From assembly GCA_028718505.1 (NCBI GenBank), contig JAQULQ010000007.1, positions 6,353 through 30,352 on the forward strand: a stretch of 24,000 nt of DNA, given 5' to 3'. The notes beneath the pieces were generated by a model, which worked only from the letters and a program-made list of their open reading frames with translations, searched no databases and was not told the origin of the DNA. Position 1 is the first letter of the stretch. Each line of letters starts with the position of its first letter. This DNA is from Candidatus Colwellbacteria bacterium (GTDB lineage: Bacteria; Patescibacteriota; Minisyncoccia; UBA6257; Colwellbacteraceae). Positions 15,296 through 24,000 of this stretch are shown piece by piece. Position numbers and translations under genes: made by a program.

Positions 15296-15703
15296 ATGAT
15301 CAACGGTGGCGAGTCAAGTAGCGCAGATATGGTGTATAGCCGTATCAGCCGTAGGAAGCTCGAGAGGATGCTGCGGAGACAGGCCCAGAAGCGCTCGGAT
15401 GACTGGTGTGCGTTGGGCAAGGTCTGGCTGAACATCCCTGAGCGAGGATTTTTGAACACTCACATGATCCGACTGGTTGTTCTCGAAGTCGAAGCCCCAA
15501 AACCGAGCTCAGCCAACTGGACCATCCGTGGTCTCGTGTGCAATGTCAGGCCACTGGCGTTCTGGTCATTGGAGTGCGGAGCGCCCTACGAGATCGACTA
15601 TGACCCCGAGGAACAGACCGGCACTCAGGAACGTTGGCGTACTTTTCCCGTCGGTGCCACGATCGGGGAGATGTGCGATTTGGCACTGAAGTTGGCGAGG
15701 TAG
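15296..15703 (+). CDS. Hypothetical protein
   Basis: 135-aa ORF with GGAAGGAGAGCGACG before ATG. Confidence 0.55.
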   Translation: MINGGESSSADMVYSRISRRKLERMLRRQAQKRSDDWCALGKVWLNIPERGFLNTHMIRLVVLEVEAPKPSSANWTIRGLVCNVRPLAFWSLECGAPYEIDYDPEEQTGTQERWRTFPVGATIGEMCDLALKLAR

Positions 15704-15861
15704 CCGCAACCTCTTTTACCACAGTTAACCGCCGCCCGAGCGAAACTCCGCTCATCCAGGGCGGCGTTTCCAGTTCTATATATACGTAAAACAAGTCCTA
15801 ATATCCCTCAGTCCCTAACCGACCGTATCGGTGCGAGCCACTGAATTAAAAAGGGCCGAGA

Positions 15862-15910
15862 GAACACAATAAAAATCCCCCGAGAAAGGGCGGGGATTCT
15901 TATTGTGTTC
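15862..15910. terminator. Bidirectional terminator between convergent genes
   Basis: GAACACAATAAaAATCCCC...GGGGATTcTTATTGTGTTC: 18 pairs with one mismatch. Confidence 0.8.
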
Positions 15911-15923
15911 GGGCTCAAAAGCT

Positions 15924-16565
15924 TTACTGATCCTCTATTACAAACCCGGCTGCTTCTGCAAATGCATTTGCAGCTGCATTATATTGTTCGCCAATACCTG
16001 CCAGGTTCTGTGAGTTAACATAAAAGGCATTAGCTGCGGCGGCGAACTCATCCACATCAATGGTCACTTGCTGGTTATTTGCTACTTCGTTGTAGTAGGT
16101 GGCAGCTTGATTTACTAAATCTTTGGCATCACTAATCATCTTCAACGCAGCATCGTTCCTTGTATTAAGGGCATCGATAAACTGCACGCCGGTAGTTTTT
16201 ACGTTTTGGTCAGAAGAATCGTCAATCATATCTTGGAGCTTGGTTAGGGTGGTCGAGGTTAACACAACCTTAGCCTCGGCGTCGTTCAGATTAGCAAGAG
16301 TGATCTGAAGATCGGAGATTATACCAGTATAGTCCTTCTCCATTTCCTTTGCCTCGATCCCGAGCAAAAGATTACTCGCACTTGTAAGGTCGCTATTAAT
16401 CCCAACATTGGAAGCCTGCAGCTCGTTAAACCTATCGACGAAAGATTGAGATGCGCTATTACCGCCGAAGACAGTTAAGAGGCCCGCCACGATAAGAATC
16501 GCACCACCCGCTAAAAGACAAACCAGTAGCCATTTTGGCATAGTGTTCTTTTTTGTTTCGTTCAT
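15924..16565 (-). CDS. Membrane-anchored hypothetical protein
   Basis: N-terminal TM (WLLVCLLAGGAILIVAGLLTVF) followed by a helical Asn/Ala-rich domain. Confidence 0.6.
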   Translation of the reverse strand: MNETKKNTMPKWLLVCLLAGGAILIVAGLLTVFGGNSASQSFVDRFNELQASNVGINSDLTSASNLLLGIEAKEMEKDYTGIISDLQITLANLNDAEAKVVLTSTTLTKLQDMIDDSSDQNVKTTGVQFIDALNTRNDAALKMISDAKDLVNQAATYYNEVANNQQVTIDVDEFAAAANAFYVNSQNLAGIGEQYNAAANAFAEAAGFVIEDQ

Positions 16566-16704
16566 ATTTTTAATGACATCAAAAAAAACGACCTTTAAAA
16601 TCTGGGGGCATTTATCATCGTTTTGATTGTAGCATTATCTGAACGATTAACCATGTAGCCCTGACCGAAACCCCTAACTTTACTGTGGCTTATCCCCAAG
16701 TTAA

Positions 16705-16732
16705 TTGACATACCCCCCGGGGGGTATACACT
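16705..16732 (+). promoter_or_regulatory. Promoter of the copper operon
   Basis: TTGACA (16705-16710), 16 nt spacer filled by the palindrome, TACACT (16727-16732). Confidence 0.7.
16710..16727. promoter_or_regulatory. CsoR-type operator
   Basis: Perfect palindrome ATACCCCCCGGGGGGTAT between -35 and -10, upstream of a csoR-like gene. Confidence 0.85.
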
Positions 16733-16740
16733 GCATATAT

Positions 16741-17016
16741 ATGAAGAATATGCAGGGTGATAATAAACCGCGGCTCATCCGTCGTCTTAAAATTCTTGAA
16801 GGTCAAATTCGCGGCCTTCAGGAAATGGTGGAAAAGGGAACATATTGTATTGATGTCATCACTCAAACGTCAGCTGTAAAGCAAGGATTGTCCAACCTGG
16901 AAGATCTTCTAATGGAAAGACATCTCGGCAGTTGTATTGTTCATCAGATAACAAACGGTCAAACTGAGAAGGCGAGAAAAGAAATCCTCAAAGTATACAA
17001 ACTTAAAAGAAAATAG
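16741..17016 (+). CDS. csoR: Metal-sensing CsoR/DUF156 family repressor
   Basis: [40 protein letters not shown]...[10 protein letters not shown] has the Cys and His ligand positions expected for CsoR. Confidence 0.88.
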   Translation: MKNMQGDNKPRLIRRLKILEGQIRGLQEMVEKGTYCIDVITQTSAVKQGLSNLEDLLMERHLGSCIVHQITNGQTEKARKEILKVYKLKRK

Positions 17017-19262
17017 TGGCTACTCAGACATTCAAGATAAGAGGCATGCACTGCGCCTCATGCGCCAGCGTTATCGAGAAAGCGCTTAAAGGGACTGATG
17101 GGGTGCAGTCCATTGAGGTTAACTACGGCACCGAGACAGCGAAAATCACTTTTGACGAATCCAAAGCTGACCCCGATCTTCTTTCGGAGAAGATAAAACC
17201 CCTTGGTTATTCTTTCGTTATCCGAGCAATAGGGGACCAATCTAAGGCGGAAGGGTTTGCAGAAATTGCTGACACGCGAACAAAGATCAAAGTCCCTATC
17301 CCGCTCACCGTCTTTAGTATTTTTGTGATGGGTTGGGACATTTTGGCGCAGTTCCAATATGTCAGCCCTCCAACTGAAACCTTGGAAGAGCTTTTTCATC
17401 ACATCCTCCCAATAGCAGCTACCTATATGTTGTTTGTGGTCGGTCAGCCTTACCTATCGGGCCTCTACCGTTTTTTACGCTACGGTAAAGCCAACATGGA
17501 TACCCTCATCGGTATTGGAACCACAGTCGCATTCTTATATAGCTTTATAATCACTGCTTTTGAAGAAACTCTTCGGCCATTTCTAAATGTTGATCAGACT
17601 TACTACGATGTCACCATCGTAGTCATCGCTCTTATAACGCTTGGTAAATATTTAGAAGCAAGAGCGAAGCTTAAAACCGGTGATGCCATCGAGAGGCTTC
17701 TCGGTTTACAAGCTAAAACCGCATTGGTTGTCTACAATGGCAAAGAGCAAGAAATCCCAGTTGACCGGGTCGTTCACGATGACGTTCTAATAGTGAAGCC
17801 GGGGGGGAAGATTCCCGTAGATGGCATCGTCGTTGAGGGCACGTCTTTTATTGATGAATCGATGATAACCGGTGAGCCGATCCCGATTGAAAAGGGGGTA
17901 GGAGATATGATCACTGCCGGAACCGTCAACACCAACGGCTCTTTCACTTACAAAGCGACGGGGGTCGGATCCGAAACGCTGTTGGCTCACATTATCAAAA
18001 TGGTTGAGGAAGCTCAAAGCAGCAAAGCTCCTATTCAGGCGCTGGCCGACAGGATATCAAGCATTTTTGTACCATCCGTGTTGGCTATTTCTCTCATTGC
18101 TTTCGGGTCGTGGCTTTTAATCGGAACCCAACTACTCGGTTTCTCCCAAGCGCTCTCGTACGGCCTCACGGCCTTTGTCAGTATTCTCATTATTGCTTGT
18201 CCATGCGCACTTGGCCTCGCTACTCCCACAGCCATCATCGTCGGTGTCGGAAAAGGTGCGCGCGAAGGTATTCTCATTAAGGATGCCGCCACACTGGAGA
18301 AACTACACGGGGTAAACACAATTGTTTTCGATAAGACCGGTACGATCACTAAAGGGAAGCCCGAAGTGGTGAATATTAGAAATTACTCGGAAAAGAATGA
18401 CGAGCAAGTCCTTTCTATCCTTGTCTCTCTCGAAAATAGATCAGAACACCCTATTGCTCACGCAATGAGTGAGTATGCCCGATTAAAAAATATAGAACCG
18501 TCAGCTGTAAAAGATTTTGAGACTATCAGGGGCAAAGGGTTAAAAGGAGCCATTGAAGGTAAAGAATATTTTGCCGGGAATATTAAACTTATTTCTGATC
18601 TTGGATTATCTATAGACATAGAAGATCTAACGGAGGAGGCCTCACGCGGTAGAACTCCAATCATCATCGCTACTAGAAACGAGGTGCTAGGCATGGTTCT
18701 AGTCGCAGATGCAATAAAGCCGACAGCTAAAGATGCTATTAAAAATTTGCACAAACTCGGCATCAAAACGATTATGCTTACTGGTGACGATAAAAATACA
18801 GCCCGTGCTATTGCTAAAGAGGCCGGCATAGACAACGTAATAGCTGAGGTTTTGCCAAATGAAAAATTAACAAAAATCAAAGAGCTTCAGAGGGCGGGCC
18901 AGATAGTAGCTATGGCCGGAGACGGAATCAACGATGCCCCGGCCCTAGCTCAAGCCGATGTCGGTATTGCTATGGGAACCGGCACGGATGTTGCTATTGA
19001 AACTGCCGGCATAACACTATTACACGGCGACATCTCAAAACTCGTTAAAGCAATCCGTCTTTCCCGATTAACTATGCGGGGAATTAAACAGAACTTATTT
19101 TGGGCATTCGCTTATAATGTGATCGGCATCCCGCTCGCCGGAGGAGTATTTTATCCGCTCTTCGGCTGGCTTCTGAACCCTGCTTTTGCCGGCTCGGCAA
19201 TGGCGCTATCAAGCATCTCAGTCGTCGGTAATTCTTTAAGAATTAGAGCAAAGAAATTATAG
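17016..19262 (+). CDS. copA: Copper-translocating P1B-type ATPase
   Basis: [18 protein letters not shown] domain, [45 protein letters not shown] start overlaps the csoR stop. Confidence 0.93.
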   Translation: MATQTFKIRGMHCASCASVIEKALKGTDGVQSIEVNYGTETAKITFDESKADPDLLSEKIKPLGYSFVIRAIGDQSKAEGFAEIADTRTKIKVPIPLTVFSIFVMGWDILAQFQYVSPPTETLEELFHHILPIAATYMLFVVGQPYLSGLYRFLRYGKANMDTLIGIGTTVAFLYSFIITAFEETLRPFLNVDQTYYDVTIVVIALITLGKYLEARAKLKTGDAIERLLGLQAKTALVVYNGKEQEIPVDRVVHDDVLIVKPGGKIPVDGIVVEGTSFIDESMITGEPIPIEKGVGDMITAGTVNTNGSFTYKATGVGSETLLAHIIKMVEEAQSSKAPIQALADRISSIFVPSVLAISLIAFGSWLLIGTQLLGFSQALSYGLTAFVSILIIACPCALGLATPTAIIVGVGKGAREGILIKDAATLEKLHGVNTIVFDKTGTITKGKPEVVNIRNYSEKNDEQVLSILVSLENRSEHPIAHAMSEYARLKNIEPSAVKDFETIRGKGLKGAIEGKEYFAGNIKLISDLGLSIDIEDLTEEASRGRTPIIIATRNEVLGMVLVADAIKPTAKDAIKNLHKLGIKTIMLTGDDKNTARAIAKEAGIDNVIAEVLPNEKLTKIKELQRAGQIVAMAGDGINDAPALAQADVGIAMGTGTDVAIETAGITLLHGDISKLVKAIRLSRLTMRGIKQNLFWAFAYNVIGIPLAGGVFYPLFGWLLNPAFAGSAMALSSISVVGNSLRIRAKKL

Positions 19263-19266
19263 AACA

Positions 19267-20286
19267 ATGAAAACACACACTTTTTACGTTATCGGAATGC
19301 ACTGCAAGGCATGTGTGACGCTCACAGAAAACGAATTACGTGAAATCCCCAACATATTTAATGTAAAAGTATCCCTTAGACGTCGAAGTGTAGAGATCAT
19401 CGGTGATTTTGGAGATAAAACAACTGAGAATATCGCCCAAGAGCTCTCTGAGGTTCTGCGACCGCACGGTTATGCCCTTTCGTTAGTAAAACAGAGGCGC
19501 CCCGTGAAGTGGTCGGAATTTACCGCGGCTATTCCCATCGCATTAGCATTTATTGCGTTGTTTATCGCTCTGCAAGAATTCGGCATTGTCAATTTAGTAA
19601 CAATCTCGAATGTTACCTACGGAACCGCGTTTATTGTTGGGTTAATCGCTTCGGTTTCAACCTGTATGGCTGTTGTCGGAGGACTAGTACTCTCAATCTC
19701 GGCTAGTTTCGCAAAAGGGGATAATAAAACTAAACCGCAGATATTATTCCACATCGGCCGTCTTGTATCGTTCCTGATTCTCGGAGGGATAATCGGCATT
19801 CTCGGTTCGGCGTTCCAGCTTAACACTATGGGCATATTTATCCTCAGTCTTTCGGTTGCGATTATATTACTTCTACTTGGCATCAATCTTTTAGATATAT
19901 TTCCCTGGGCTGAAAAGTTACAGCCGGCACTTCCGTCATCCCTCGGCAGGTATGTCCAAGGATTAAAGAATATAAACCATATATTCACGCCCCTTTTGGT
20001 GGGCGCCGCTACCTTTTTTATGCCGTGCGGTTTCACCCAGTCAATGCAAATTTATACCCTTACCACTGGCAGTTTCTGGACAGGGGCGCTGACGATGTTC
20101 TTTTTCGCTCTCGGCACCCTTCCGGTATTGGCCCTCCTGAGTTTCGGCTCACTTGCTATCCGTGATAAGACCAAGATGGGCATCTTTCTTAAAACCGCCG
20201 GATTAATAGTCATATTTTTCGGAGTGTTTAATCTAATAAATAGTCTTGTGGTGGCGGGGATAATGTCGCCCATACTTAACTTCTAA
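19267..20286 (+). CDS. HMA domain fused to sulfite exporter TauE/SafE (UreH/DsbD-like) membrane domain
   Basis: YVIGMHCKACVTLTENELREIP, then CMAVVGGLVLSISASF and PCGFTQSMQIYTLTTGSFWTGALTMFFFALGTLPVL. Confidence 0.8.
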   Translation: MKTHTFYVIGMHCKACVTLTENELREIPNIFNVKVSLRRRSVEIIGDFGDKTTENIAQELSEVLRPHGYALSLVKQRRPVKWSEFTAAIPIALAFIALFIALQEFGIVNLVTISNVTYGTAFIVGLIASVSTCMAVVGGLVLSISASFAKGDNKTKPQILFHIGRLVSFLILGGIIGILGSAFQLNTMGIFILSLSVAIILLLLGINLLDIFPWAEKLQPALPSSLGRYVQGLKNINHIFTPLLVGAATFFMPCGFTQSMQIYTLTTGSFWTGALTMFFFALGTLPVLALLSFGSLAIRDKTKMGIFLKTAGLIVIFFGVFNLINSLVVAGIMSPILNF

Positions 20287-20293
20287 CAAACAC

Positions 20294-20689
20294 ATGAGAA
20301 TAAACACTATAGTCATAATCGCAGTCGTGATACTCGTTGGTGGAACGTTTGTGTTAACGCGAGGGAATAACGATCCTAACATTGAATCGAAACAGGACCA
20401 GAGCAATATCGCCATCGTAGGTGGTGAACAGATTATTGAAATCAACGCTAAGGGGGGATATTCGCCCAAAGTAACAACGGCGAAGGCGAATATTCCAACC
20501 ATCGTGAAAATACGAACGCAGGGAACGTTCGATTGCTCCTCCGCTTTTACTATTCCAGCCCTCGGATATCATACAAATCTCCCGTCATCAGGTATAACGG
20601 AGATAGAGGTGCCCCCACAAAAAGCCGGAACAAAACTGCAGGGGCTTTGTTCAATGGGAATGTATAGCTTTATAATAAATTTTAACTAA
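20294..20689 (+). CDS. Membrane-anchored cupredoxin-like protein
   Basis: N-terminal TM, then a small domain with FDCSSAFTIPALGYH and LCSMGM, resembling type I copper ligands. Confidence 0.72.
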   Translation: MRINTIVIIAVVILVGGTFVLTRGNNDPNIESKQDQSNIAIVGGEQIIEINAKGGYSPKVTTAKANIPTIVKIRTQGTFDCSSAFTIPALGYHTNLPSSGITEIEVPPQKAGTKLQGLCSMGMYSFIINFN

Positions 20690-20696
20690 GCTGCTA

Positions 20697-21377
20697 GTGA
20701 AAAAGAAGGTGAAAATATTAGAGATAAGCTCTGTAACTCACGATGTGAAAAGATTTGTAGTCGAAAGACCTAAGGGTTATGAGTTCATCCCCGGACAGGC
20801 GACAGAGGTTTCTATCAATAAACCCGGCTGGAGGTATGAGGAAAGGCCCTTTACGTTCACTAATCTAATCAACGCTCCCCACTTAGAATTTATTATCAAG
20901 AGATATCCTCAGCACAAGGGAGTAACCGAGGAACTACATAAACTGTCTCTGGGTGATGAACTTATCATAAGAAAGCCTTTCGGCGTGATGCAATATGGTG
21001 GAAAGGGGATTTTTGTCGCCGGGGGGGCGGGTATTACTCCATTCATCGCTATTCTAAGAATGTTAGAGAAAGAAGATGCTCTTCTGGGTAATAAATTAAT
21101 TTTCTCGAACAAAACGAGAGATGATATAATTTTAGAGGAGGAATTAAAATCGATGTTTGGGGGCGATCCAGACGATTTGATTTTTACCCTAACTCAAGAA
21201 AAAAGAGCTGATTACGAGGATAAACTAGTGGATGAGGAATTCCTCAAAAAACATGTGGACAATTTCGGGAAGCAGAAATTCTATCTCTGCGGACCGCCCC
21301 GGATGGTAAAGCAATTAACAGCAACTCTCGAAAGGCTGGGTGCGAATATAAATTCGGTCACTTTCGAGGGCAAATAG
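20697..21377 (+). CDS. FAD/NAD(P)-binding ferredoxin reductase-like protein, no 2Fe-2S domain
   Basis: YEERPFTFTNL (FAD), FVAGGAGITPFIAILRML (NAD(P)), FYLCGPPRMVKQL (C-terminal). Confidence 0.85.
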   Translation: MKKKVKILEISSVTHDVKRFVVERPKGYEFIPGQATEVSINKPGWRYEERPFTFTNLINAPHLEFIIKRYPQHKGVTEELHKLSLGDELIIRKPFGVMQYGGKGIFVAGGAGITPFIAILRMLEKEDALLGNKLIFSNKTRDDIILEEELKSMFGGDPDDLIFTLTQEKRADYEDKLVDEEFLKKHVDNFGKQKFYLCGPPRMVKQLTATLERLGANINSVTFEGK

Positions 21378-21393
21378 ATAACAAATAAATAAT

Positions 21394-21792
21394 ATGGACA
21401 AGAAAATCTTAATTATGGTGATCGTAGCGACAATCGTTATCGTCTTAGCGGCACTTATTTATGTCGTGTATATCCAAGGGGGGAAGATAACAATAAACAC
21501 CGAACAGACGCCGACGGCATCAAACGAAGAGGATGGCACCACCAATATGTATTCCCTAGAAGAAGTCGCCCAGCATGGCTCAGAAAGTAGCTGCTGGCAA
21601 GCTATCAATGGGAAAGTATATGATGTCACGCCATTTATATCTTTTCACCCCGGAGGACAATTGATCCTGAACGGATGCGGAAAGGACGCAACCGTTCTTT
21701 TTGAGACTAGACCAACCAACCCCGAAACACCCCATCCCGAAAGCGCCATAGAGAAGTTAAAGGATTACTACATAGGCGATCTCCAGCCGTAG
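21394..21792 (+). CDS. Membrane-anchored cytochrome b5-like heme protein
   Basis: N-terminal TM, then YSLEEVAQHGSESSCWQAINGKVYDVTPFISFHPGGQLIL with HPGG heme motif. Confidence 0.87.
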   Translation: MDKKILIMVIVATIVIVLAALIYVVYIQGGKITINTEQTPTASNEEDGTTNMYSLEEVAQHGSESSCWQAINGKVYDVTPFISFHPGGQLILNGCGKDATVLFETRPTNPETPHPESAIEKLKDYYIGDLQP

Positions 21793-21795
21793 ATT

Positions 21796-21990
21796 ATGTT
21801 GATCTTTGGTTTCCCCTTAACAATCGTCCTGGGCATTCTGGCAGCGCTTTGTCTCACTATCACATTTGTCACCGGTATGATATTTCACTATCTACATCGG
21901 CCAGTTTTTAGGTATCACAAGGTTTTTGCTTTTCTCACCGTAATAATAGTAGTTTTACACGCAACGCTAGTGTTTTCTTACTACTTTTGA
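21796..21990 (+). CDS. 64-aa two-TM protein, putative b-type heme subunit
   Basis: Two hydrophobic helices with H31, H34, H41 and H55. H41-x13-H55 lie along the second helix. Confidence 0.5.
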   Translation: MLIFGFPLTIVLGILAALCLTITFVTGMIFHYLHRPVFRYHKVFAFLTVIIVVLHATLVFSYYF

Positions 21991-22146
21991 TTTTTAGTCC
22001 TGACCGATACCAGAGACTATTCGATTTGTGCAATTTCTACCACATCCCGTTTTATAGTTAGCGGTCATCCCGCGAACACGAGGGCGTGCGCTGGCTAGCG
22101 GCGCTCCCTTGATCTTTTAGAGAGTGAAATCGGCTATACTGAAAAT

Positions 22147-23070
22147 ATGATCATCGAATTTTCTAAGGAACTGGAGAAGCAAGACTTTTATGCTAACGGC
22201 AAAGAGTTGGCGAGTATAATGGGCCTAGATAAAGACGAAGCGGGCAAGAGGGTTTATGAATATCCAGACGATAAGAGGGTTCATGTAGCCACTCTCGAAA
22301 AGCCGGTTTTGGTAACTGATATATATAGAATTACGCAGCTCGAACCGACCCAAAGAGACACCGTCTTTAAACTCTTTGAATCATCGGTAAGGCACACTAT
22401 CTATGACGGGGTTAGCATTGATTTTGAACAGGAAAAATACCCAGGAGTCTGGGGTCCGAGTATAGACACCGTGGCTTTCTGTCTGGGATTAAGCCGACTG
22501 GATTTATCTAAAATTAAAAACGCCATTGAGATCGGTGCTGGTTCAGGATTCATCTCGAAATATTTACTTGAGAAATTACCTAACTTAAAAAGCATGGACT
22601 TAGTCGATTTGAATCAACGCGCGGAAGAATGCTGGAAGGACAATATCAACGATCCCCGAGCCCATTTTTACATAGAAGATGGCGCCCTATATATGGAGTC
22701 TCGCAAGACAGACCTTCTAATTTGTAATCCGCCCTATATCCCAAGACCGAGAAGTATTGACGACAATGCCTATGAGGGAATCGGATTAATGAGGTTTCTG
22801 ATCAGTGGAGCGAAGAAAACGCTCTCCGATTCCGGCATATTAGTGATTAACTATTCGAGTCTATCGGAGAAAGAGGCGATGGAAGCAATCAGCGAATCCG
22901 GAATGACGATGGAGACCTTGGTGAAGATGGAAGTGCCGCTGAAGGTCTGCAACGTTTTAAATAATAGTGAGTGGGTGAATTATCTACTTCAGCGAGGTAT
23001 GCAAAGTAAAAATCAGAACGGCTATCAATATTGGCATAACATTTTTATCGTTGCCCTGAGACGCACATAG
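22147..23070 (+). CDS. Methyltransferase, HemK/PrmC-like or N6-adenine/N5-glutamine type
   Basis: IEIGAGSGFISKYLL motif I and LLICNPPYIPRPRS (NPPY). Confidence 0.8.
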   Translation: MIIEFSKELEKQDFYANGKELASIMGLDKDEAGKRVYEYPDDKRVHVATLEKPVLVTDIYRITQLEPTQRDTVFKLFESSVRHTIYDGVSIDFEQEKYPGVWGPSIDTVAFCLGLSRLDLSKIKNAIEIGAGSGFISKYLLEKLPNLKSMDLVDLNQRAEECWKDNINDPRAHFYIEDGALYMESRKTDLLICNPPYIPRPRSIDDNAYEGIGLMRFLISGAKKTLSDSGILVINYSSLSEKEAMEAISESGMTMETLVKMEVPLKVCNVLNNSEWVNYLLQRGMQSKNQNGYQYWHNIFIVALRRT

Positions 23071-23090
23071 AGCGGTTTAATAGAATTAGA

Positions 23091-23126
23091 AAAGAAAAAA
23101 CCCCGAAGTCTGGTGTGACTCCGGGG
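23091..23126 (-). terminator. Rho-independent terminator for the SPFH gene
   Basis: Minus strand CCCCGGAGT-cacaccag-ACTTCGGGG followed by TTTTTTCTTTT. Confidence 0.85.
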
Positions 23127-23203
23127 CCTCTGTGAACTTCAAAAGTACGACGGGAGAGGGGAGCGGCCACAGTTGTCTGCGACCGCTCCCCATCCCGGTT
23201 GGG

Positions 23204-24000
23204 TTACGCCTCCACCTCCTTGAGGGGGGCGTCAGTAGCGGGAGCTGGAGCGACCGGCGAGACGAGACTCGCCAGTGCTTCTCCCTTGGTCAGCCTGCGG
23301 GTCAGAGTGCTGAAAAGGGCATCTATAGATGACCCCTCAGCACCGACCTGCACATCCGGAGTGATCCGGACGTTTCCCTTGCCGACTTCGCCCATGACGG
23401 CGATGGCTGCAGTCGCTTCTGCACCCACGGCCTCCACTTGGGCCTTGTAAGCATCGGCCTGAGCCAGACCGATTGCTTTCGTGGCCGTAGCGTTGGCCAG
23501 ACCCTTGACCTCGATGACCTGAGCTTCGGCCGTACCAGTGGCGAGGGTGAAGGCTGCCTGCCCTCTGGCCTTGTTCTCCTGAGACTTGGCATCGTTGTCA
23601 GCAACAGTGACCCGAACCACCGAACGAGCCAGTTCCTCCTGCATCTCAGCGGTACCTCTGGTCGCCTCAAAAGCGACACGAGTCTGCTGAGCACGTTCCT
23701 TCTCTTGGAAGGTCGCCTGCTCCTGACGGGCAATCTCACGCTCCTGAAGGACTTTGACCAGTCCTTCCGGCAAAACCACATCCTGGATGTAGACGCCGCG
23801 CGTCTCCACCTGATACCCCGCGAGGTATTCTCGAATGTGCTTTTCCGCCGCTGCCTGCACTTGGTCTCGGGTCTCGATGAACTCGATGGCAGGCAATTTC
23901 TGCAGAGCATTGCGGAAGTAGTTGCCGACGGCGCTCTGCAGAACTTCGTTGACGAGCGCTTGCATCGTCCCGACCATGCTGATGACCTTAGGAGCCAAAG
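23204..24000 (-). CDS. SPFH/band 7 domain protein, N-terminus probably outside the window
   Basis: IQDVVLPEGLVKVLQEREIARQEQATFQEKERAQQTRV and Ala/Glu-rich coiled-coil are typical of SPFH proteins. The ORF runs to the window edge. Confidence 0.72.
   Translation of the reverse strand, partial: LAPKVISMVGTMQALVNEVLQSAVGNYFRNALQKLPAIEFIETRDQVQAAAEKHIREYLAGYQVETRGVYIQDVVLPEGLVKVLQEREIARQEQATFQEKERAQQTRVAFEATRGTAEMQEELARSVVRVTVADNDAKSQENKARGQAAFTLATGTAEAQVIEVKGLANATATKAIGLAQADAYKAQVEAVGAEATAAIAVMGEVGKGNVRITPDVQVGAEGSSIDALFSTLTRRLTKGEALASLVSPVAPAPATDAPLKEVEA

Noticed and set aside
18035-18880. Minus-strand ORFs within copA.
   Set aside because: They are antisense to a full-length P-type ATPase with all expected motifs.

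Overview
This 24 kb window looks like chromosomal DNA of a small-genome bacterium. I suspect Patescibacteria/CPR, but that is inference. Conserved genes: DHH phosphoesterase (5'-truncated by the window), RNase HI-family protein, RNase P RNA, Cas4/RecB-like nuclease, PF04020-like membrane protein, pgsA, tRNA-Gln, an ECF-like sigma factor with a DUF5667-like partner, YjjX-like NTPase, and an SPFH protein at the right edge. Between 3.7 and 8.7 kb is an accessory stretch (two methyltransferases, NUDIX, nucleotidyltransferase, small hypotheticals) punctuated by short repeats close to stop codons. The strongest candidate system is a tightly packed, copper-linked redox operon (16.7-22.0 kb): CsoR-like regulator, CopA, HMA-UreH/DsbD-like transporter, cupredoxin, FAD/NAD(P)H reductase, membrane-anchored cytochrome b5 and a 64-aa two-TM protein with an H-x13-H motif. 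Other findings: a candidate orphan sRNA near pgsA; two apparent expression styles in one locus (near-leaderless genes with the -10 box 6 nt before ATG, versus SD-led GC-rich genes with TTGACN-N17 promoters, several with long leader hairpins); and two dispersed intergenic repeat families.
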